From assembly GCA_964511375.1 (NCBI GenBank), contig CAZEEW010000007.1:1-61486 (forward strand): a stretch of 61,486 nt of DNA, written 5' to 3'. Made by a program: the position numbers and the translations under genes. Numbering within the stretch: the stretch's first letter is position 1; each line of letters starts with the position of its first letter. Below are positions 48,766-55,410 of this stretch, one piece after another. The stretch comes from an uncultured Gammaproteobacteria bacterium (GTDB taxonomy: Bacteria > Patescibacteriota > Patescibacteriia > Magasanikbacterales > GWA2-37-8). The notes under the pieces were generated by a model. That model saw only the letters and a list, made by a program, of their open reading frames with translations. It was not told the DNA's origin and did not search any database.

Positions 48766-49362
48766 ATGTTATCTCTACGTACTCGTTTATTTATTTTCCT
48801 AAGTGTCCTAGTTTTAGTAATCTTGGGTATAAGTATTGCCTTACTTATCGCCCGAAAAGGAAAAGATGGTGATACAACAGCGCCGACCAGTACTGTTAAT
48901 ATTATCGGCAGTGATCAAATTCAGAACTTCAATAATTCCCAAACTCAAATTAGAGAAGTTCCCGTTGGTACACCAATTAAACCGGTTACTTCAGAAGAGA
49001 CGGAAAGGAACGCTGCAAAGAATCTAGCCCGTATTTTTGTTGAGCGCTACGGATCGTATTCAACTGACAGTAATTATGACAATATTCGTGATCTAGAGAG
49101 CATCTCAACACCGAACTTGTGGGCAACATTAAAAACTCGCATTGGTCGTCCCATTACCGGTGAATATTCTGGTTCTTTAGCCCGTGTGTACACTAGCGAA
49201 GTGAAGGAATTTGTAGGGGGCAATGCATTGGCTGAAGTCAGATTAGTGCAAGAAACAGAGAAGAATGGTGTAACCACAGAAACGAGATACGTTTCCGAAG
49301 TTAAACTAGCTAAAGTAGGGACAAATTGGCTAGTAGATAGTTTTACCTGGGTAAAACAGTAA
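48766..49362 (+). CDS. membrane-anchored hypothetical protein
   Basis: 198 aa with a single N-terminal TM helix. Confidence 0.5.
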   Translation: MLSLRTRLFIFLSVLVLVILGISIALLIARKGKDGDTTAPTSTVNIIGSDQIQNFNNSQTQIREVPVGTPIKPVTSEETERNAAKNLARIFVERYGSYSTDSNYDNIRDLESISTPNLWATLKTRIGRPITGEYSGSLARVYTSEVKEFVGGNALAEVRLVQETEKNGVTTETRYVSEVKLAKVGTNWLVDSFTWVKQ

Positions 49363-49366
49363 AAAG

Positions 49367-50074
49367 ATGTGGGGAGGGATTAAACAATTTTTTAAAGAAT
49401 CGTTGTTCCCAGTTTTTTGTTTAGAATGTGGTAAAGAAGGGGACTGGTGGTGCAAAGATTGTTTAAAAAAAGAAAAAGTTGGTATATTTTGCTGCCCGGT
49501 TTGTCACAAAGAAACAGCTAATGGAAAAACTTGTTTAGAATGTCAAGCCGCTACTTTTTTAGATGGAATGGTAGCGGTTTTTAATTATGAGGATAGTAGC
49601 CCGGTCAGTCAGTTAGTCCATCACTTTAAATATTCTTTTGCTGTGGATATCCAGTTACTGTGGGCAAAAGTAATTGCGATTAGCTTTTCCTCGATCTTTC
49701 AAAGTCTTGTTCAAGATCGGCTAGTCGTACCTGTACCTCTTTATTCTAAGCGTAAACGGGAAAGAGGGTTTAACCAAAGTGAGATTATTGCTCGTATTAT
49801 TAAAGAAAATGGGCAAACTTGCGGCGTGGAGTATGGTGAATATCTCCAACGTACTAAACCAACTACACAACAGGTTAAGTTGACCAAAGAAGAGCGGGAA
49901 AGAAATGTATATAATGCCTTTTCTATTATTCCGACAGCATTGCATAAGAAACAGATTGTACTTGTTGATGACGTTTTTACTACAGGCGCTACTATGAATG
50001 AGTGTGCTAGAGTCCTGAAAGAAAATGGCGCACAAGAAGTCTGGGGTTTTGCTTTGGCGCGTGGCAAAGGTTAG
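49367..50074 (+). CDS. comF: ComF-family protein (phosphoribosyltransferase-like, N-terminal Zn finger)
   Basis: CLECG..CKDC..CPVC..CLEC cysteine pairs and the PRTase loop VLVDDVFTTGATM. Confidence 0.8.
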   Translation: MWGGIKQFFKESLFPVFCLECGKEGDWWCKDCLKKEKVGIFCCPVCHKETANGKTCLECQAATFLDGMVAVFNYEDSSPVSQLVHHFKYSFAVDIQLLWAKVIAISFSSIFQSLVQDRLVVPVPLYSKRKRERGFNQSEIIARIIKENGQTCGVEYGEYLQRTKPTTQQVKLTKEERERNVYNAFSIIPTALHKKQIVLVDDVFTTGATMNECARVLKENGAQEVWGFALARGKG

Positions 50075-50075
50075 G

Positions 50076-50103
50076 TTGACATTTTTCTTAATTTTGCTAC
50101 AAT
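50076..50103 (+). promoter_or_regulatory. tRNA-Ser promoter
   Basis: TTGACA (50076-50081), a 16-nt spacer and TACAAT (50098-50103), about 30 nt before the tRNA. Confidence 0.55.
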
Positions 50104-51749
50104 TAGTCCACCTTAAGAGACATAAAACTCTTATGGAGAGGTGGCTGAGTTGGTCGAAAGCGGCACACTGCTAATGTGTTATACAGCCTTAAAACTGTAT
50201 CGAGGGTTCGAATCCCTCCCTCTCCGCCAGATGTCCAAGTTAGAACCTTAGAATCATCAAGGGTTTCCGAACCTTTTGAAGGCTTCGGAGGGTCGAACTT
50301 AGACAATTGTAAATCCATGAGAACATCAAAGACTGGCGTCCAGATAGGCGTCAGTTTTTGGTTTTTAACCGTGAACCCATCAAAGCAAAGCTTCAAGATT
50401 GTGCGTTTTTGGTAGATACCACCCTTTTGGAATACCTTGTCTGCATGATCCGTAAAGTCCAGTAACTCATTAAACTTCTGAACGAATTTGTCAGACTTAC
50501 CCTCGAGCTCAGATAGACGGTCCTGATACATTTCCTTCTCCTTTAAAAGCTCATCCTGAATCTTTATAAAGACCTCTGCATCAATGATGCGTTTTGAACG
50601 ATCCATGACGATATTGCGAATTTGTTGCTGGATTCTGACTAACTCCTGCTTGAGACTTTTTCGTTCTTTTTCCTCCTGCTCAAGCCTTTCTTTTGCAAAG
50701 AATTGGAAATAAGAATCAAGCACCTTTTTGAACTTATCCGGTAACTGGACTCGTGACAAATAGGTCACTGCTTGCTCCTCGATTTGCTCAGATCGAATGT
50801 ATTTCTTTTCCGGACAGTGTGGATCACGGCGATGACTGCAATTGTAGTAAAGATGACCTTTTTTGACCTGACCACTCAACATAGAACCGCAATAAGCACA
50901 CCTCATGAACCCAGTAAGAGGAAAAGTGTGCTTGCGAGACCTGTCGGCGTAATGATTATGCTGGGCGATAATCTCTTGAACATCATCGAATGCTTTCTTT
51001 GTGATCAATGGTGGAAAGTTTGCCTGATTGGTAGCTGATCGAGTTTTTATAAGACCATAGTAGATGGTGTTTTGAAGCATTCTCTCGACATTCTTTTTTG
51101 AAATGTTTTTGCCTGATTTACTTTTGAGACCACGCTTGGCCAACTCGTCTCGGAGCGTGTAATAAGAGAACTTGCCGGTTGCGTACAGATCAAAAGCCAT
51201 CTTCACATAAGGTGCCCTGATATTATCCACTATAAGAGATTTGGTCTTTTTATCATTCGTATATCCAATTGGTGCATATCCCGGAAACCTACCACGCTCT
51301 ACGGCCTCTTTAAGGCCTTTCCTGACCTCCCAGCTGATGTTTTGAGATGTCCATTGAGCAATCGAAGCCATGATGTTTTCGACCAGCTCACCGGAAAAAG
51401 ACTCATCGAACTGCTCAACAACCGAGATGACTTTACAGTCGTGCTTTTTGAGCATCATTTTAATGGCGGCGTAGTCTGCCACATTTCGGCACATACGATC
51501 CAATTTGTGAACCAAGATCACATCAACCTTATTGTCTGTCTTCGCACGATGAAGCATTTTCTGAAGCTGTGGACGATCGGTGGTTCTTGCCGATTCACCC
51601 TTTTCTTCGTAGACACCATCGGGAAGTAAACTCCAATGGCGATCCATTCCATATTTCTGGCACGCTTTGACTTGTGCCGGAATACTCAATTCTCGTTCGG
51701 CCTGACGAGAGGTAGAAACACGGCCGTAAATTAAATAATTTGTACTCAT
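50103..51749 (-). CDS. large serine recombinase/integrase (C-terminal ~42 codons run antisense through the tRNA-Ser gene and its promoter)
   Basis: Catalytic YGRVSTSRQ, a recombinase domain, the zinc ribbon CAYCGS...YYNCSH...HCPEK and a coiled coil. The ORF has no stop until 50103. Confidence 0.85.
   Translation of the reverse strand: MSTNYLIYGRVSTSRQAERELSIPAQVKACQKYGMDRHWSLLPDGVYEEKGESARTTDRPQLQKMLHRAKTDNKVDVILVHKLDRMCRNVADYAAIKMMLKKHDCKVISVVEQFDESFSGELVENIMASIAQWTSQNISWEVRKGLKEAVERGRFPGYAPIGYTNDKKTKSLIVDNIRAPYVKMAFDLYATGKFSYYTLRDELAKRGLKSKSGKNISKKNVERMLQNTIYYGLIKTRSATNQANFPPLITKKAFDDVQEIIAQHNHYADRSRKHTFPLTGFMRCAYCGSMLSGQVKKGHLYYNCSHRRDPHCPEKKYIRSEQIEEQAVTYLSRVQLPDKFKKVLDSYFQFFAKERLEQEEKERKSLKQELVRIQQQIRNIVMDRSKRIIDAEVFIKIQDELLKEKEMYQDRLSELEGKSDKFVQKFNELLDFTDHADKVFQKGGIYQKRTILKLCFDGFTVKNQKLTPIWTPVFDVLMDLQLSKFDPPKPSKGSETLDDSKVLTWTSGGEGGIRTLDTVLRLYNTLAVCRFRPTQPPLHKSFMSLKVD
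50135..50229 (+). tRNA. tRNA-Ser (anticodon GCU), class II long variable arm, CCA encoded
   Basis: Hand fold: acceptor GGAGAGG/CCTCTCC, D stem GCT/AGC, anticodon stem GCACA/TGTGT and loop CTGCTAA. The variable arm is ATACAG/CTGTAT, the T arm is GAGGG-TTCGAAT-CCCTC, the discriminator is G and CCA follows. Confidence 0.92.
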
Positions 51750-51794
51750 AATGTTTGCTATAAAAAACAGCAGGGCTCTTGGCGAGCCCTGGGG

Positions 51795-52541
51795 TTAGTA
51801 TTTTTTTATGTGATAAATTAACCGACCTATTAACTTGGCATCTCTGCCCGAATAACTTTTTTTGAAACCATGCTCGCTGGTGACGATTTCCAAGAAGTCA
51901 CCACGCTTCTTGTAGTGAGTCATCAACAAACCATCTGGCGTGGAAAGCACGACAATGTCTCCGTCATTAACTTCAATATCCGCATCTAGCATAATCAGGT
52001 CGCCTGCGATTATGCTTGCTTCCGGAAATTGAATATCGGAAACACGAACACCGAAAATTCTATGCCCTCTGACTATTCCATTTTTCGGTATAAAAATAAA
52101 TTCATCGGCGTGCTTCAAATGCAGATCAAGGTCTTCAACTGGAATGGAACTGAATAGTGGCATTTTATAATGAGCCACCTCATCAGCGGTGATCGTCTTT
52201 TTTAACTCCTCTAAACCTGCCTCCAGTTTGTGAGTCATCTCTTCGACACGCTTCTCGCCAGCATCTTTGATGTTGAATTTGTAGTCACTTGAGATACTGA
52301 CTTTATGAATCTTGGATTCGGTCCACTGTTTTCTTAATTCTTCCTCAGAAACCTCGTAGGCGTTGGCCAAAACGGCCAACTGTTTCTGGGAAGGGAGCCG
52401 GGTGTCGTTTTCCAACTGGGAAATATAGCTAGCAGAAAAGCCAAGGCGATCAGCGATATCCTTGGCCGTCCATTTATTAGTTTCTCTTTGTTTTTTTAGA
52501 TATGAGCCAAATGACATATTTTTTATAATTAATTTATCCAC
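51795..52541 (-). CDS. CI/LexA-like repressor (XRE HTH plus S24-like C-terminal domain)
   Basis: GTG start. HTH region WTAKDIADRLGFSASYISQLEND. The C-terminus aligns by eye to the LexA/CI S24 domain (GDLIMLD..NDGDIVV). Confidence 0.75.
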   Translation of the reverse strand: MDKLIIKNMSFGSYLKKQRETNKWTAKDIADRLGFSASYISQLENDTRLPSQKQLAVLANAYEVSEEELRKQWTESKIHKVSISSDYKFNIKDAGEKRVEEMTHKLEAGLEELKKTITADEVAHYKMPLFSSIPVEDLDLHLKHADEFIFIPKNGIVRGHRIFGVRVSDIQFPEASIIAGDLIMLDADIEVNDGDIVVLSTPDGLLMTHYKKRGDFLEIVTSEHGFKKSYSGRDAKLIGRLIYHIKKY

Positions 52542-52584
52542 TGCTTAATTCCATCTTAGTATAGTATAGCAAATCTGTAAAGAT

Positions 52585-52645
52585 TAAGCAAATATGCTTA
52601 TCCACATTAACACTGATTGACGAATTAAGCAAAATTGCTTAATAT
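52585..52645. promoter_or_regulatory. divergent switch region with two palindromic operators and the cro promoter
   Basis: TAAGCA-AATA-TGCTTA (52585-52600) and TTAAGCA-AAAT-TGCTTAA (52625-52642). The second sits between TTGACG (52617-52622) and TAATAT (52640-52645). Confidence 0.55.
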
Positions 52646-52669
52646 GACTATAGAGGTCTAAATAAGACA

Positions 52670-52882
52670 ATGAATATGAAAAAAACGCCAACCAACATTC
52701 GACTGAGGGAACTTAGAATCGAGAAAGGGCTAACGCAATACAAACTAGCCCGCATTCTTGGTTTTAAGCATAACACAGCGATCAGTCGATATGAGACCGG
52801 TAGAAAACGGCCTAACTTGGAAACCGCCCAGAGAATTGCCCTAGCGTTGGGGGTGAAAGTAGAAGATATTTTTTTGCCTTAG
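52670..52882 (+). CDS. Cro/XRE-family HTH regulator
   Basis: 70 aa with LRIEKGLTQYKLARILGFKHNTAISRYETG. Divergent from the repressor. Confidence 0.75.
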   Translation: MNMKKTPTNIRLRELRIEKGLTQYKLARILGFKHNTAISRYETGRKRPNLETAQRIALALGVKVEDIFLP

Positions 52883-52960
52883 AAGTTAAGCAATTTTGCT
52901 AAACCAAAGAGGTGTGTGAGGTCAATAAAAGTGTGAGGTCACTCTTATGAACCAAACCAC

Positions 52961-53239
52961 ATGTCCAAACCAACAAAGGATGAGGAAGCTCTTATTGAGC
53001 TTACCAAAAATGCCTTGTCTGATGTTCTTGGCCGAGAGCCGAGCAAGCAAGAAGTTTGGCGTGTCCATGCTGGCTTCAAACGCATGGCATTCATGCTGTT
53101 GGAGCATTTGGATCACATCAAAAAATATGAGAATCAAAATCTTGATGACGAGGATCTTCTGCAGGATAGCCAAGAGGTTGAATCGAAAACCTTTGACGAG
53201 GAAGTTTCTCTTGGCGAGGAGAGAGGCAATATTGAATAG
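52961..53239 (+). CDS. hypothetical acidic protein
   Basis: 92 aa. It has the most protein-like composition of three overlapping ORFs here. A possible 34-aa TTG-started ORF (53232-53336) follows, with a GGAGAGAGG RBS. Confidence 0.4.
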   Translation: MSKPTKDEEALIELTKNALSDVLGREPSKQEVWRVHAGFKRMAFMLLEHLDHIKKYENQNLDDEDLLQDSQEVESKTFDEEVSLGEERGNIE

Positions 53240-53436
53240 CTTCACAATCGGTGAACTTGAAAATCCGATAACCGCACAAAGCGTCCGGGAGGCTCTTGAA
53301 AATATAGACAAAGCGTTAGTCAAGGCGAAGCTATAGACCGCACATCCCTCTCCTCTTAATGGGTGGTGACATTGAGAGGAGCGATGAGGCGCGATCTCAG
53401 AGTCTGGTCAACTCGCACGCCTATATTTTCATTGCC

Positions 53437-54003
53437 ATGCAAGACGAAAAAGCAAAAGTCAGAGATGTCCGGAATGGCGATTGGTATTGGATTAGTAAAG
53501 TAGTCCTTGATGAATACGGAAAGAAAATCCAACCAATCGGCATTGCCATATACAACTGTTTGGCGGAGTACGCCAATCAGGAGGGTTTTTGTTTTCCATC
53601 ACACAAACACATAGCTGAAAAAATAGGATCGAGTATTTCAAGTGTGCAAAGAGGTATACGAATTCTTATCAAACTTGGACTGATCAGCAAGAAGCGAAAG
53701 CGACTCCACAATGTGTACTACCTGTTGAAAATAGATAGGTCAGATAGACCGAACTCAAAACAGATCGGTCAGTCAGACCAGCACATCGGTCATATAGACC
53801 GGTCGGATCGGTCCATGGGAACTACTAACAATAATAAATATAAATATTTAAATAAAAAGAATTACGAGCAACTTCAAAATTTCAAAGAACTAAGGTCGAT
53901 GTTAGCCGAGAAAATGTCCATTGACGGAGCAAAGATCAAAATTATTGATGGCAAAAAGCATCTATGGACTGGCCGAGGATGGGAGGCGGTCGAGGATACT
54001 TAG
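53437..54003 (+). CDS. winged-helix/HTH replication-initiator-like protein
   Basis: FPSHKHIAEKIGSSISSVQRGIRILIKLGLI looks like a wHTH. A low-complexity DRSDR linker is encoded by iteron-like DNA. Start taken at ATG 53437. Confidence 0.5.
   Translation: MQDEKAKVRDVRNGDWYWISKVVLDEYGKKIQPIGIAIYNCLAEYANQEGFCFPSHKHIAEKIGSSISSVQRGIRILIKLGLISKKRKRLHNVYYLLKIDRSDRPNSKQIGQSDQHIGHIDRSDRSMGTTNNNKYKYLNKKNYEQLQNFKELRSMLAEKMSIDGAKIKIIDGKKHLWTGRGWEAVEDT
53735..53858. repeat. iteron-like repeats plus A/T tract (candidate origin inside the rep-like gene)
   Basis: ATCGGTC at 53764, 53785 and 53807; ATAGGTC at 53735; ATAGACC at 53744 and 53794. A pure A/T run follows at 53830-53858. Confidence 0.4.
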
Positions 54004-54012
54004 ATTGCCTTG

Positions 54013-54040
54013 AAGTTCGGGAGTGGTCGAGCCCGGACTT
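54013..54040 (+). terminator. hairpin after the rep-like gene
   Basis: AAGTTCGGG pairs with CCCGGACTT with one G:U pair, followed by a T-rich sequence. Confidence 0.4.
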
Positions 54041-54109
54041 TGATTGTTCGTTTATTAATAATTTATGATCGAGGATTTCTAAAATAGAAACCTTAAGAAA
54101 AAAAACAGT

Positions 54110-54400
54110 ATGGACAAAGATGAATCAAATGTCGGCAATTGTCCTCATTGCACGAAAATAATCTTTCGTGATGCGGTGTTCAATTCCGAGGCGGTATTTG
54201 TGACCCGTTGTCCCCACTGTCAGAAACCCGTAAAAGTGTGCATACGAAAAAGAGTGGAAATAATACTTCTCCCGTTGGATGATCGAAAAGGAAAAGACAA
54301 TACCGGGATAACCAAGCTGACCATTATTGTCTTTGTCCTGTATCTTCCAGCCCTTAGTACTTTATCGAATTGTTTGGATCTCTTTGACGGATTGATCTGA
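54110..54400 (+). CDS. small zinc-ribbon protein with C-terminal hydrophobic segment
   Basis: 96 aa with CPHC...CPHC pairs. Convergent with the minus-strand operon. Confidence 0.35.
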   Translation: MDKDESNVGNCPHCTKIIFRDAVFNSEAVFVTRCPHCQKPVKVCIRKRVEIILLPLDDRKGKDNTGITKLTIIVFVLYLPALSTLSNCLDLFDGLI

Positions 54401-54478
54401 CTAAAACAACCCCACAATGCAAAAGGAGCCCTTTTTGAGCCCCTTTTTTGCCGTTTGTTTGCCCTTGTGGCGAGCTTT

Positions 54479-54655
54479 CTACAGATCTTCCGACAATTCC
54501 ACCGCATCATCCTCATCAAGACTGTATTCCTCCATAATTTCCTGAACATGCTCGGCTTCTTCCTTGTCGAGATCGTGACTTTCCATTAACTCCGCCACCT
54601 CTTCGGTGGGAGCATCATCACCCCGTTCTTCGTTATTTTCAAAATCATCCGCCAT
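54479..54655 (-). CDS. 58-aa hyperacidic protein (not in the ORF track)
   Basis: Hand translation gives MADDFENNEERGDDAPTEEVAELMESHDLDKEEAEHVQEIMEEYSLDEDDAVELSEDL, with 26 D/E and 2 K/R. The ATG lies 1 nt after the nuclease stop. Confidence 0.5.
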   Translation of the reverse strand: MADDFENNEERGDDAPTEEVAELMESHDLDKEEAEHVQEIMEEYSLDEDDAVELSEDL

Positions 54656-54656
54656 A

Positions 54657-55409
54657 TTACTTTTTAGAATTTATTGTTTTTATATAATTGCAGTAATCAC
54701 AATCAGGACTAGCTTCTGGTATCTCCAGACTATTCAAGCATGTATGTGCCTTTATCAGAGTTTTCTCAACCCAAGAATCATCGCCCTCATAAGGGATTAA
54801 TGTGATATCAAATTCCAGCTTGCCATCAAACGCCTTGCGGTCAGTTTGACCGTTACAGTAAACAAAATATCCGGTATTAGAAACCTTGTAACCATTTTGT
54901 CTCAAGAGCCACTGGTAGACTTCCATCTGCCTCTTATAGCCATCCTGCCAGTCCTTGTTTAATTCGGTAATGTCCTCCTCCTTAGATGTGGATTTGTAAT
55001 CAACAACAATGTATTCGCCCTTAGAATTAATCCAAAGATCATCGATCGCACCAAAGACGAGAAAATTCGTCAGAGGATGCAGATGTTGAATGCCGGTAAA
55101 GTTATGTCGCCATTTGTCCAGATCTGCATGAGCAACCGGTTGGGCATCAACGCCGTATTTTTTAATCAATGGGTGCTTTGTGCCATTCGCACGATGAATA
55201 TCGAATTCTAATTTTAAGAGATGGTCGACAGCCGAATTTAATGCAAAAGGAAATCCCGGTGGCCTACCGACACCGAGTTTGCGATCGTAATAAAAGCATC
55301 TCGGACAACTAATAAACAGATCAATCTTTGATCGTGATAATTTAAAAGGCTCATCAATTTTTGAATCGTATAGACCCCTGACTCTTTGTGCTGTGTAGTA
55401 TTCCGACAT
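54657..55409 (-). CDS. Cas4/RecB-like PD-(D/E)XK nuclease with Cys cluster
   Basis: GAIDDL ... IVVDYKST (D...D-x-K core). An N-terminal CPRC plus a C-terminal C..C-x2-C arrangement resembles the Cas4/AddB Fe-S nuclease family. Confidence 0.65.
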   Translation of the reverse strand: MSEYYTAQRVRGLYDSKIDEPFKLSRSKIDLFISCPRCFYYDRKLGVGRPPGFPFALNSAVDHLLKLEFDIHRANGTKHPLIKKYGVDAQPVAHADLDKWRHNFTGIQHLHPLTNFLVFGAIDDLWINSKGEYIVVDYKSTSKEEDITELNKDWQDGYKRQMEVYQWLLRQNGYKVSNTGYFVYCNGQTDRKAFDGKLEFDITLIPYEGDDSWVEKTLIKAHTCLNSLEIPEASPDCDYCNYIKTINSKK

Positions 55410-55410
55410 A

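Noticed and set aside
52922-53336. Overlapping ORFs 52922-53323 (minus strand, 133 aa) and 52947-53336 (plus strand, 129 aa).
   Set aside because: Their compositions are poor (Cys/Trp/Met-rich or Leu/Phe/Ile-rich). The 92-aa frame 52961-53239 reads like a real protein. Only the last ~34 codons of the 129-aa frame look genuine, which is noted as a possible separate TTG-started mini-ORF.
54421-54450. Possible terminator between the convergent zinc-ribbon gene and the acidic ORF (GGAGCCC ... GAGCCCC).
   Set aside because: The two G+C blocks are direct repeats, not inverted repeats. Only a weak AAAAGG/CCTTTT stem forms, so no terminator was called.
54220-54549. 109-aa very basic minus-strand ORF.
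   Set aside because: It overlaps both the zinc-ribbon ORF (antisense) and the hand-translated acidic ORF (another frame). Its Arg/Lys-rich composition looks like a frame-shifted mirror of the acidic gene.
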